This document shows, piece by piece, positions 15,338-24,348 of a stretch of 43,223 bases of DNA. The notes under the pieces were generated by a model, which did not search any database, was not told the DNA's origin, and saw only the letters and a list, made by a program, of their open reading frames with translations. This stretch comes from a virus. The stretch's first letter is position 1. Every line of letters begins with the position of its first letter. The stretch spans positions 1 through 43,223 of IMG/VR virus record IMGVR_UViG_3300020112_000447; one strand, written 5' to 3'. The position numbers and the translations under genes were made by a program.

Positions 15338-17209
15338 ATGGCAGTATCACAAATGCTATCTGTGACACAGCTATCACAGAACATAGCAAATAATACATCA
15401 GTTGTAAGAATCACACTGACATCTACTCAGACAGGTGAATCATACAACAATAATACACTTACAGGCCATTATTACATCAAAAAGAATGGTGGTAGTGAAG
15501 TAGATTATACCTTCACAACAAAGCTACCGAAGAACTCGACTGTAACGTGTTTTACAAGGGATATCGAAGTGCAGCACAACAACGATGGTACAGGTTCGAT
15601 AGCTGTAAGAACGAGCCTTGACACACATATTAGTGCAGGAACAATTACAAGAAGCAAAACACTTACACTAACAACTATCCCAAGGGCAACAACACCAACA
15701 CTATCGGCATCAACGGCCGACATGGGAACAACCATCACCATAAACACACCAAGAGCATCAACAAGCTTTGCTCATCAACTGACATATTCATTCGGTGGAG
15801 TTTCAGGTGATATTGACACAAATGTAGGAGATAGCACAACCTGGACAATTCCGCTTGAACTAGCTAATCAGATACCAAATGCGACTTCAGGTGTTGGAAC
15901 TATCACATGTGTCACTTATTCAGCTAGTGGAATTATAGGCCAAAAGACAATAAACTTCACAGCTACAGTACCTGAATCGGTAGTGCCAGGAATATACCTG
16001 GTTAATATTACGGATCCAAGTGGAAACAAGGACACCTATGGAGATTTCGTGCAGAACTTATCAACAGTTTTTATTGAAGTGGGTGCGATTTCTTATTATG
16101 GAGCAACGATAAGTACAACAGTTGGTACGATTGATGGCCAAGCTATAACTTCTTTCCCTTATACTTCAGAATACCTAACAAGGGCAGGAACTAAGCAGAT
16201 AGAAATCAGAGCCACAGATTCAAGGGGAAGAACTGTAACGTGGACAGGCTCAATAAATGTCATAGAATATTCATATCCTACTATTTCAAGGTTTTTCGTT
16301 GAAAGATGTACGGCAGACGGAACTCCTGATCAGGAAGGATACTACGGCAGAGTAAATATCATTGGTGCAATTACTCCACTGAGTAACAAGAATCAGAAGG
16401 AGTTCAAGGTCGAATACAAGGAGTCAACGGCATCAACGTGGACTACGATACAAAGATATTCAGTTTATGAATTGAATGCAACAAATATAGTGGCTTGTCA
16501 TGTAGATAACATTTATAACTTCAGAGTGACGGCAACTGATAGCTTCGGAGCATCGGCACAAACTGCAGACCTTGGTACGGCATACACACTGATAGACTTC
16601 AGGAACACAGGAAAAGGGATAGCCTTCGGTAAGGTATCAACACAAGATGGATTTGAATGTGCAATGCCAATGAAGGCAAAATCAATCAGTGCAGAATCCA
16701 TATCTGAGAATGGAATATCTATCGGAGATTTGCATGATCAGCTTGAAAGTACAAGCCAGGAAGTAGCAGGCAAGGTTGATTCAACAAGCTTTAGTGTGTG
16801 GACAAAGGTAAATGGATTATATCTATTCACTGATTCAGACAATGGATTCATAATGAGTGACAAAGGCAATTATTCTTTCACTGTTACTTCGTGGTCTGAC
16901 AGCAGGCTAAAAACTAATATTCAGGCTTCGGAAGTTGATGCCATATCAAAGATAAATGCGATAGAAATGAAATCCTATGACTTCATAGATGAAAGGTTCG
17001 GTAATCATCATGACATAGGTTACATTGCACATCAGCTGAAAGAAGTTGTTCCTGAAGCTGTAATTGATGTTTCACAAAACAAGGAAAAGATGGGATATGA
17101 TAGCCTGTTGCAGGTGGCAGATACAGCACTTATTCCTTACCTGGTCAAGGCCATTCAGGAATTAACTAGAGAAATTGAATCATTAAAAAATAAGGACATT
17201 CAGAAATAA
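15338..17209 (+). CDS. Tail fibre / receptor-binding protein paralog 1 (DUF859-like N-region, C-terminal S74 intramolecular chaperone)
   Basis: Shares IPNATSG, TDSRGRT, YPTIS and TLIDF..(T/S)G(K/R)GIA(F/L)GKV motifs with ORF 31456-33204. The C-terminus SDSRLKTNIQ...YDSLLQV...LVKAIQEL is the endosialidase-type autocleaving chaperone signature. Confidence 0.75.
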   Translation: MAVSQMLSVTQLSQNIANNTSVVRITLTSTQTGESYNNNTLTGHYYIKKNGGSEVDYTFTTKLPKNSTVTCFTRDIEVQHNNDGTGSIAVRTSLDTHISAGTITRSKTLTLTTIPRATTPTLSASTADMGTTITINTPRASTSFAHQLTYSFGGVSGDIDTNVGDSTTWTIPLELANQIPNATSGVGTITCVTYSASGIIGQKTINFTATVPESVVPGIYLVNITDPSGNKDTYGDFVQNLSTVFIEVGAISYYGATISTTVGTIDGQAITSFPYTSEYLTRAGTKQIEIRATDSRGRTVTWTGSINVIEYSYPTISRFFVERCTADGTPDQEGYYGRVNIIGAITPLSNKNQKEFKVEYKESTASTWTTIQRYSVYELNATNIVACHVDNIYNFRVTATDSFGASAQTADLGTAYTLIDFRNTGKGIAFGKVSTQDGFECAMPMKAKSISAESISENGISIGDLHDQLESTSQEVAGKVDSTSFSVWTKVNGLYLFTDSDNGFIMSDKGNYSFTVTSWSDSRLKTNIQASEVDAISKINAIEMKSYDFIDERFGNHHDIGYIAHQLKEVVPEAVIDVSQNKEKMGYDSLLQVADTALIPYLVKAIQELTREIESLKNKDIQK

Positions 17210-17243
17210 ATGCCCTTTTTACTAAAGAGAAAGGAAGCAAGAT

Positions 17244-17687
17244 ATGGTAGGAGAAACAATAAACAATGACTTGAAGCAGATGATAACAACATTAGGCGGA
17301 AGCCCTGAAGCCCTAGAAGATAACCTGCTATCAACAAAGTTAAATAAGATTATTGAACTTCTTGATGATGGTGGTGGTTCATCTACGGACTCAATAAGAG
17401 TAGGAAGATTACAGTATGGTGGTACAGGTTATAGTACAAAAACATTAAATTTCGATTTTCCACCCCATGCGATAGAAATAATATGTTATGTAGGTTCAGG
17501 TATTTATTTTGCACCATTACAGACAGTTGATACAGGAAAACTTTTTACAATAATGCCATCTAATATGAATGCTTTTGACACAAATTTTACTTTGTCAGAA
17601 GATAGATTAAGCATGACACTTAATGCCTATACAGAAACAGCAGCATTTAACGTTAGTGGATGCCCATACTTTGTAACCTATTTCTAA
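17244..17687 (+). CDS. Hypothetical protein downstream of RBP paralog 1
   Basis: ORF with RBS AAGAGAAAGGAAG. Confidence 0.45.
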   Translation: MVGETINNDLKQMITTLGGSPEALEDNLLSTKLNKIIELLDDGGGSSTDSIRVGRLQYGGTGYSTKTLNFDFPPHAIEIICYVGSGIYFAPLQTVDTGKLFTIMPSNMNAFDTNFTLSEDRLSMTLNAYTETAAFNVSGCPYFVTYF

Positions 17688-17722
17688 AAAACGATAGCAC
17701 AGATTATTGGTTAATAACGTAA

Positions 17723-17790
17723 ATATGCAATATATTGTTTAAATTTGCATAAATATTGCAAATAAGTGTTTTAAATTACACAGATTTGCA
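17723..17790. promoter_or_regulatory. AT-rich region with A(T/A)TTGCA motifs, including inverted repeat ATTTGCA-N7-TGCAAAT
   Basis: ATATGCA at 17723, palindrome CAATATATTG, ATTTGCAtaaatatTGCAAAT at 17743-17763, ATTTGCA at 17784. Confidence 0.4.
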
Positions 17791-17863
17791 TTTTAATTTA
17801 TTGAACTAAATAAGTGGTTTAAAGTTGTACCCACATAAACAACTAAATGACTTCGGTATCATT

Positions 17864-17892
17864 AAGGAAGCTGAGTAATTGGCTTCCTTTTT
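17864..17892 (+). terminator. Rho-independent terminator just upstream of the holin gene
   Basis: AAGGAAGC-tgagtaattg-GCTTCCTT followed by TTT. Confidence 0.6.
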
Positions 17893-17923
17893 ATATGATT
17901 TTTTAAGAAAGGAAGGATGAAAC

Positions 17924-18193
17924 ATGGATATTACACAGATGGGAACAGTGCTTGCAATAGTGGTTATCTGCTATTTAGTAGGCCTTGGTGCAAAGCAGAT
18001 TCCAAAGGTAAAGAATGAACTTATACCTGTTATTGTAGGCGGTGTAGGTGGCATTCTTGGTGTCATAGGAATGTATGTAATGCCTGACTTCCCTGCATCA
18101 GATATCTTGAATGCAATCGCAATAGGTATTGTATCAGGGCTTGCATCAACAGGTGTGAATCAGGTTTACAAGCAGCTATCAACGAAAGGATAG
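17924..18193 (+). CDS. Holin
   Basis: 89 aa with hydrophobic TM segments (VLAIVVICYLVGLG, IPVIVGGVGGILGVIGMYV, AIAIGIVSGLAS). Lies directly upstream of the endolysin. Confidence 0.75.
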   Translation: MDITQMGTVLAIVVICYLVGLGAKQIPKVKNELIPVIVGGVGGILGVIGMYVMPDFPASDILNAIAIGIVSGLASTGVNQVYKQLSTKG

Positions 18194-18202
18194 GGATAAG
18201 AC

Positions 18203-19006
18203 ATGGAAATTAATAAGTGTTTATTAACAAAAAGTGATTGCTATAAATCAGGAAGAATCATAAGCCCAAAGGGAATTGTGGTTCATTCCACAGGTGCAAA
18301 CAATCCAAATCTGAAAAGGTATGTGCAGCCTGATGATGGCATCCTGGGAACAAATAGCAATGGCAACCATTGGAACAAGCCAGGAATAGACAAATGTGTT
18401 CATGCGTTTATCGGCAAAGATAAGAATGGCAAGGTAAGATGCTATCAGACACTTCCATGGAATTATAGGCCATGGGGATGTGGCAAGGGCAAGAATGGAA
18501 GCTATAACAACAGTTATATTCAGTTTGAAATATGCGAAGATGCACTCACAGATAGACAGTACTTTGAAGCTGCCTTCAAGTGTGCAGTTCAGCTTTGTGC
18601 AAAGCTTTCAAATGAATTCATGATACCTATCAAGGATATAGTAAGCCATCACGAAGCACATGAAAGGGGATTCGCATCAAATCATGGAGATTGTGATCAT
18701 TGGCTTGCTAAGTTTGGCAAAGATATGGATTGGTTCAGACAGCTTGTGAAGGATGAAGTGAGTGGTGTATCTGCCATTACAAAAGTAGACTCTCCAACAA
18801 CCAATACATCAAAAGCGAATACTTCTTATAAGGTCAAGGTTACAGCAGATGTACTCAGAGTAAGAGCAGGTGCAGGAACTACTTATAAGGTGAATACCAC
18901 TGTAAAGAAGGATGAAGTTTACACAATTATTGAAGAGAAAAATGGATGGGGTAAGCTTAAGAGTGGTGCAGGTTGGATAAGCCTGGCATATACAACTAAA
19001 TGCTAA
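18203..19006 (+). CDS. Endolysin: N-acetylmuramoyl-L-alanine amidase (Amidase_2/PGRP type) with C-terminal SH3-like wall-binding domain
   Basis: IVVHSTGANNP...HAFIG...IQFEICED...SHHEAH..G.ASNHGDCDHW. C-terminus is YKVKVTADVLRVRAGAGTTYKV...GWGKLKSGAGWISLAY. Confidence 0.85.
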   Translation: MEINKCLLTKSDCYKSGRIISPKGIVVHSTGANNPNLKRYVQPDDGILGTNSNGNHWNKPGIDKCVHAFIGKDKNGKVRCYQTLPWNYRPWGCGKGKNGSYNNSYIQFEICEDALTDRQYFEAAFKCAVQLCAKLSNEFMIPIKDIVSHHEAHERGFASNHGDCDHWLAKFGKDMDWFRQLVKDEVSGVSAITKVDSPTTNTSKANTSYKVKVTADVLRVRAGAGTTYKVNTTVKKDEVYTIIEEKNGWGKLKSGAGWISLAYTTKC

Positions 19007-19008
19007 TT

Positions 19009-19037
19009 AGGACATGCAGAAATGTATGTCCTTTTTA
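19009..19037 (+). terminator. Rho-independent terminator after the endolysin
   Basis: AGGACAT-gcagaaatgt-ATGTCCT followed by TTTTT. Confidence 0.65.
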
Positions 19038-19161
19038 TATGTCCAAAACCTTATGACATTTAAACTGTGGGAATTATGCCCTGGATGCATGGCACTAAAA
19101 AGGCATCTTGTCACAGTGCAGAAAGCACGATAAAAAACACAGACAATGAAAGGAAAAAGAT

Positions 19162-19830
19162 ATGGATTTTTTAAGAGAGATTATAGGTGAAGAACTATTC
19201 AATCAGTTATCAGCAGCAATCAATGCCCACAACGGCAATGAAGCAAACAAGGATAAGCAGATTAAGCTTGCAAACCTTGCAGGTGGTGAATATGTAGGCA
19301 AAGGAAAATATGAAGCCTTAGAAGCAGCACTAAGCGGTAAGGATGCAGAGATAACAAATGCAAATAACCTTATTGCAGAACTTAAGAAGGCATCAAAAGG
19401 CAATGAAGATATGCAGAAGAAGTTCACTGATTATGAACAGGAGAATGCAAGACTTCAGGCAGAACTCCAGGAAACCAAAGTGAAGTCGGCTATTAAGGTT
19501 GCACTTCTTTCTGAAAAGGCTGTTGATGTTGACTATCTCACATTCAAGCTTAATGAAAAGCTGAAGGAAAAGGGCGAAACCTTATCACTTGATGAAAATG
19601 ACAATATCAAAGGATGGGATGATAAGCTTTCAGGATTGAAAGTTCAGTTCCCTAATATGTTTGAAGCTTCAGGGGATGGAAAAAAGGTTCTTGAACCTAA
19701 CAAGCTTAGACAGAATGATGATAGAACTGTAACACCTACTAGGGAACAGTTCAGGCAGATGTCATATGAAGAACGTGTGGCATTAAAGCAGAGCAATGAG
19801 CAGGCATATAAACAGCTTGCTAAGAACTAA
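19162..19830 (+). CDS. Scaffolding protein (GP20-like)
   Basis: Coiled-coil, charged protein directly upstream of the capsid gene. N-terminus LFNQL..AINAHNG...IKLANLAGGEYV is typical. Confidence 0.75.
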   Translation: MDFLREIIGEELFNQLSAAINAHNGNEANKDKQIKLANLAGGEYVGKGKYEALEAALSGKDAEITNANNLIAELKKASKGNEDMQKKFTDYEQENARLQAELQETKVKSAIKVALLSEKAVDVDYLTFKLNEKLKEKGETLSLDENDNIKGWDDKLSGLKVQFPNMFEASGDGKKVLEPNKLRQNDDRTVTPTREQFRQMSYEERVALKQSNEQAYKQLAKN

Positions 19831-19860
19831 ATGATTTCAAAGAAGAAAGGAAGATGAAAT

Positions 19861-20886
19861 ATGGCAAGAACAGGTTTATTTGGTGGCTTTTATTTTGATG
19901 AAGAAGTATTCACTGACATGATGCAGGAAGCAGATTATTGGAGAAATCCAATCCTTGCTTCAGGAGTTGTTCAGACAGACAATTCAATCATGCAGGCAAT
20001 TGGATCTAAGGGAAATGTAGCAACAATTCCAATCTACAATCCATTAAATATCTATGATTCAGGTATGCAGCCACTCAACAATGATGGTAACACAAACAAC
20101 ACACCTGTAACTGTAGCAGGTGATAAGCAGACTTGTATGCTTATTCAGAGAATGAAGGCATTCCAGGCAAAGGACTTCACTAAGGAACTTACAGGTGCGG
20201 ATCCTATGACAAATATCAAGTCAAAGATTCAGAACTACTATACACAGGTATGGGAAGCAATCATGATGGGAATTGCAGATACAGTTCTCGGTGTTGCAGC
20301 ACTTTCAGACCATGTAACAGATTTATCTATTACATCAGGTTCAATCACTGCTGCAAACAAGATTGATGAAACTACAATGATTGATGCAGAGCAGGCAGCA
20401 CTTGGTGATATGGCAGGTGGTCTTGGACTTGCGGTAATGCATTCAAAGATTTTTGCTCAGTATAAGAAGCTTGGCCTTGTATCTTATGACAAGTACACAG
20501 TAGGCAATGCTCTCAGAACTGACATTGAACTCCCAACAATCAATGGTAAGATTCCACTTGTTACAGATTACTACACTGTAGACACTACAGTATCAGGATA
20601 TCCTGTATATAAGACATTCTTATTTGGTGAAGGTGCATTCCTTGAAGCTAATAAGAACAACTATGAGAATCAGTACACAACGAACTACGATCCTGAAACT
20701 GCTGCAGGTACAGACAAGTTCTATACAAAGCAGGGCAAGGTTCTTCATCCAAATGGTCTTTCACTTGCGGTTGATCAGATTGCTGCAGAGTCACCAACAG
20801 ATACAGAGTTAAAGACAGGTTCAAATTGGACACTTAAGTTCAATCCAAAGAATGTCAAGATGGGCTTAATCAAGACTAACGGCTAA
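19861..20886 (+). CDS. Major capsid protein
   Basis: 341 aa, strong RBS, position after the scaffold. Start MARTGLFGG... is typical of SPP1-like capsid proteins. Confidence 0.8.
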   Translation: MARTGLFGGFYFDEEVFTDMMQEADYWRNPILASGVVQTDNSIMQAIGSKGNVATIPIYNPLNIYDSGMQPLNNDGNTNNTPVTVAGDKQTCMLIQRMKAFQAKDFTKELTGADPMTNIKSKIQNYYTQVWEAIMMGIADTVLGVAALSDHVTDLSITSGSITAANKIDETTMIDAEQAALGDMAGGLGLAVMHSKIFAQYKKLGLVSYDKYTVGNALRTDIELPTINGKIPLVTDYYTVDTTVSGYPVYKTFLFGEGAFLEANKNNYENQYTTNYDPETAAGTDKFYTKQGKVLHPNGLSLAVDQIAAESPTDTELKTGSNWTLKFNPKNVKMGLIKTNG

Positions 20887-20903
20887 GAGAAAGGGGCAGG
20901 AAC

Positions 20904-21134
20904 ATGAACAGATTTGTAATCGTTGATGGTCTGCCTTATTTATATGCTGATGGCAAAACATACACTGTCAGATGGAATGATGAAGGGTTCACAGTAGGTG
21001 CAGAAGTAAAGCTTGCTTCTGTGCCTGCTCATACCTATTCTGAACTGTCAGTGAAAGCTAAATGCCAGGTGCTTGACAGCATAGGGGCAGATAAGAAGGC
21101 ATCAAGAAGCAAAAAGAAAACTGCTGAAGAATAG
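20904..21134 (+). CDS. Hypothetical head-associated protein
   Basis: ORF and position only. Confidence 0.4.
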   Translation: MNRFVIVDGLPYLYADGKTYTVRWNDEGFTVGAEVKLASVPAHTYSELSVKAKCQVLDSIGADKKASRSKKKTAEE

Positions 21135-21145
21135 GCGGTGATTCT

Positions 21146-21673
21146 ATGATAATGACAGTTGCTAAACTTAGAGAATATATCACAACAGATAAGACAGATT
21201 CAGTGCTTGAAGATATGCTCCAGGCACTTGAACTTCTTATCAGGAAGTACACAAACAACAACTTTCAAAAGAGAGCATACAGAAGGAATGCTGATATAAT
21301 CGGTGGAATTTTTGTGTGTGATGATTCAGTGCCTTTTGTTGTAGGTGAAACAGTTCAGATAAGTGTATCACCATTAAATGAAGGGCTTTATACTGTAGCA
21401 ACAGTTAATGATGATACATTTACAACGAATGGGAATGTAATTGATGAAAGCAATGTGCTTGTGACCAGGGTGGAATATCCAAAAGATGTTCAGATAGGTG
21501 TTGTGAATATGGTCAAGTGGGATTTGGAGAACAGAAGCAAGGTTGGAGTTCAATCAGAAACAATCAGTAGGCATTCTGTGACCTATTTCAACATGGATGG
21601 GGATAATTCATCCCTGGGATATCCAAAGAGCCTGATAGGCTTTCTGAAACCTTATATGAAGGCAAGATTCTAG
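21146..21673 (+). CDS. Head-tail connector (gp6/gp15-like)
   Basis: Start VAKLREYITTDKTDSVLEDMLQALELLIRKYTNNNF is typical of head-tail connector proteins. Confidence 0.65.
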   Translation: MIMTVAKLREYITTDKTDSVLEDMLQALELLIRKYTNNNFQKRAYRRNADIIGGIFVCDDSVPFVVGETVQISVSPLNEGLYTVATVNDDTFTTNGNVIDESNVLVTRVEYPKDVQIGVVNMVKWDLENRSKVGVQSETISRHSVTYFNMDGDNSSLGYPKSLIGFLKPYMKARF

Positions 21674-21684
21674 GGGGTGCTTAT

Positions 21685-22020
21685 ATGATAGGTGGCAATA
21701 CTATAGCAGAGTTGCAAATCAGAACAGGCACTTCCAAGAATGCCATAGGTGAACGTATTCAGACATGGGAAGCAGTTCAGCAAATATTAGGATGGCTTGA
21801 CTTATCATCAGGTGATAGCAAGTACAACACTTATAATGCAAAGATTCAGGAATCAACACATGTCTTTGTGGCAGATTATGTAGAACTAAATACATCAATC
21901 AAGGCAGAGAATAGCAGGGTTATTGTTGATGACAAAACCTATGATGTAATGTTGATTGATGATCCAATGGGGCTACACAAACAACTTGAAATCTTTCTGA
22001 AGTATACAGGGGGTCAGTAA
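21685..22020 (+). CDS. Head closure / head-tail adaptor protein
   Basis: Size and position. Sequence LQIRTGTSKNAIGE...WLDLSSGDS. Confidence 0.55.
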   Translation: MIGGNTIAELQIRTGTSKNAIGERIQTWEAVQQILGWLDLSSGDSKYNTYNAKIQESTHVFVADYVELNTSIKAENSRVIVDDKTYDVMLIDDPMGLHKQLEIFLKYTGGQ

Positions 22021-22021
22021 T

Positions 22022-22483
22022 ATGGCGGTTGAATTCATTGATAACAGCATGAATGTAACTAATGCTATTGACGATGCTGTAAGTGCATTCTTGTATGAAG
22101 CAGCAGGAGAAGTAGCAGCACAGACCGCAAGAAAGACACCTGTGGATTCAGGACATCTCAAAGGTTCATGGACATATATAGTTGATGAATCAGCAGGTGT
22201 TGCCACTATTGGAAGCCCACTTGAAAATGCTATATGGAACGAATATGGTACAGGTGAATATGCTGCCAAGGGTGACGGAAGAAAAGGCGGTTGGTATGTT
22301 CATGAAAGTAAGTTATCTGCAAAAGCAAAGAAAAGGATGAAGAAAGTGATAGGAAAGGATGGCAAAATCTATTACTTCACTTATGGTAAAAGGCCACAAA
22401 GAACCTTTGAAACAGTTTTCAATGCTTTGAAGGATAAGATTATAAGAAGAGCTGAACAGCTATTTGGTGAAAGATTAGGGTGA
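22022..22483 (+). CDS. HK97 gp10-family tail-completion protein
   Basis: TPVDSGHLKGSW...IWNEYGTG motifs, plus position. Confidence 0.6.
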   Translation: MAVEFIDNSMNVTNAIDDAVSAFLYEAAGEVAAQTARKTPVDSGHLKGSWTYIVDESAGVATIGSPLENAIWNEYGTGEYAAKGDGRKGGWYVHESKLSAKAKKRMKKVIGKDGKIYYFTYGKRPQRTFETVFNALKDKIIRRAEQLFGERLG

Positions 22484-22489
22484 TAAATA

Positions 22490-22870
22490 ATGAGCAATGA
22501 AGTATTAGGATATATTGATTCATTTATGGAATCCCTTGATATTCCTTATGAATTTATGGAATGGACAGGTGATGAAATCCCTGAAATGTATTTCGTAGGT
22601 GAATACCAGGAAATAGATTCACTTACAAAAGAAGAAGATGGATTCCAGGAAACCACTTTCATCCTGACAGGATTCACAAGGGGTAAATGGATTCTACTTG
22701 AAGAAGCAAAAGGTAAAATTGAAAAAGGCATCACAAAGACAGCAATTCTTGAAAATAATTCAGGGGTTGCTTTTTCTTATGGGCATAGCCTGGTTGTTCC
22801 AACAGGTGATGCAGAGTTGAAGAGAATTGAAATCAACTTAAATATCAAAGAATGGAAGGTGAATGAATAA
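22490..22870 (+). CDS. Tail terminator-like hypothetical protein
   Basis: Position immediately before the tail tube gene only. Confidence 0.4.
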   Translation: MSNEVLGYIDSFMESLDIPYEFMEWTGDEIPEMYFVGEYQEIDSLTKEEDGFQETTFILTGFTRGKWILLEEAKGKIEKGITKTAILENNSGVAFSYGHSLVVPTGDAELKRIEINLNIKEWKVNE

Positions 22871-23451
22871 TGGGAAAAGCAGGAAAGCATGGTATCACAG
22901 CGGATACCACAAAAAATATCTTATTTGGTGCAGGTACTATTCATAAGAACTTAAAGTACACAACCAATGCATGGAACTTTGACGAATCTATCATTGGTGC
23001 TACAAATGGCGGTTCTAAGCTTACTATCACACCTGAGATTACAACTATTGAAGCTGATGGTGCATTAGTTGCTACAAAGGGCTTACAGGTCAAGACAGGT
23101 GAAACAGCCACAATGGATATCAATCTTTTGGAACTTACAAAGGATATCATCAAGGCAGCAACAATTGGTGCGGATGGATCATCATCTGATACAACATATG
23201 ATTTGATTGAATCAAAGGCATCTATTGCTGCAGGTGATTATTTTGAAAACATTGCCTTCGTTGGTCAGACATTAGATGGCAGAAAGGTAATTGCAATCCT
23301 TGAAAATGCACTCTGCACTTCAGGATTTGCACAGGAAGGAAAGAACAAGGAAGGTGCAATTGGAGCATACACATTCACTTGTCACGCAGATATTACATCT
23401 GACCTTGATACACTTCCATGGAAGATTTACTATCCAAAGCCAACAGTATAG
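22870..23451 (+). CDS. Major tail (tube) protein
   Basis: 193 aa, sits before the chaperone pair, Gly/Thr-rich beta-type sequence. Confidence 0.7.
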   Translation: MGKAGKHGITADTTKNILFGAGTIHKNLKYTTNAWNFDESIIGATNGGSKLTITPEITTIEADGALVATKGLQVKTGETATMDINLLELTKDIIKAATIGADGSSSDTTYDLIESKASIAAGDYFENIAFVGQTLDGRKVIAILENALCTSGFAQEGKNKEGAIGAYTFTCHADITSDLDTLPWKIYYPKPTV

Positions 23452-23465
23452 AAGGGTGGTAGCTT

Positions 23466-23630
23466 ATGAAGGTAAAAGTTATCAAAGAATTTGTTGATAA
23501 ATACACAGGGGAACTGCACACAGTCGGCAGTTCCTTTTCTTGTGAGAATGACAGATTCGAAGAGATTAAAAATGCAGGAGCATTTGTAGAAGTAGTTCCT
23601 GAAGTAAAGAAAGAAAAGAAAGAGGTATAA
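23466..23630 (+). CDS. Small hypothetical protein (54 aa)
   Basis: ATG 23466. Sequence MKVKVIKEFVDKYTGELHTVGSSFSCENDRFEEIKNAGAFVEVV. Below the ORF-track cutoff. Confidence 0.4.
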   Translation: MKVKVIKEFVDKYTGELHTVGSSFSCENDRFEEIKNAGAFVEVVPEVKKEKKEV

Positions 23631-23633
23631 ACT

Positions 23634-24032
23634 ATGGATAATGAATCAATTATTGGAAAACCATACACACTTAGAAAGTTATGTGCTGATGATATCTTCC
23701 CAATGTGCAGCATACTCAAAAGGACCGGATTCAAGGAATTAAAGTCATGCTTTGATAAAGATACAATAAAGAATATGGTGAATAAGGGCGAAGCAAATGC
23801 AGATGTAGAAAGTATTGGATTCGCAATCATCATGGACATTGCATCTATCATTATATCAAATATGGAAAACTGTAAGGACAGTTTATATCAGTTTCTATCA
23901 AGCCTTACAGGCATGAGCAAAAAGGAAATTGGTGAACTTGATATGGATGTGTTCTTTGAACTTATTATCGATGTAATGACAAAGGATGAATTCAAGGGTT
24001 TTATCAAGGTTGCTTCAAGATTCATGAAATAG
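23634..24032 (+). CDS. Tail assembly chaperone (G-like)
   Basis: Position before the tape measure. Carries a slippery heptamer near its 3' end. Confidence 0.7.
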   Translation: MDNESIIGKPYTLRKLCADDIFPMCSILKRTGFKELKSCFDKDTIKNMVNKGEANADVESIGFAIIMDIASIIISNMENCKDSLYQFLSSLTGMSKKEIGELDMDVFFELIIDVMTKDEFKGFIKVASRFMK

Positions 24033-24334
24033 GAGATATCTCATTCATGGACTTGCTATTCAAAAGATATGCAAATCCTTTTGTTTTGCTTAATCAGATG
24101 ATAGCGGTTGGCAGATTTGAGGAGTTTATTGATGAATTGGTGCAGATGCAGAACGATGATGTTGAAAATGAAACACTATGGGAACTGTATCTGCATCACA
24201 AATTTATAGATAAATCATTCAATGATTTTAAGAATCAACTTGAATATGACGAGCCTGAACCAGCAAGGCCTGTCAATCTTGAAGCAACAGTTAGCAAATC
24301 AGCAGATATCCTGAATGGGTTTGTGCCTGAATAG
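23634..24334 (+). CDS. Tail assembly chaperone G-T fusion made by -1 programmed frameshift at 23996-24002
   Basis: After a -1 slip on G_GGT_TTT the frame runs without a stop (GFYQGCFKIHEIGDISF) into the tracked ORF 24047-24334. Confidence 0.65.
23996..24002 (+). promoter_or_regulatory. -1 ribosomal frameshift slippery heptamer GGGTTTT
   Basis: Zero-frame codons GGT (23997) and TTT (24000), preceded by G. This is the canonical X_XXY_YYZ pattern. Confidence 0.65.
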
Positions 24335-24348
24335 AATAAGGTGATAGC

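Noticed and set aside
17688-17923. Intergenic gaps (also 10936-11069, 19038-19161, 7374-7598) checked for tRNA or suppressor tRNA genes
   Set aside because: No acceptor-stem/T-arm cloverleaf or GTTCRANNC box was recognisable by eye. The regions are AT-rich with simple hairpins only. A tRNAscan or Infernal run would be decisive.
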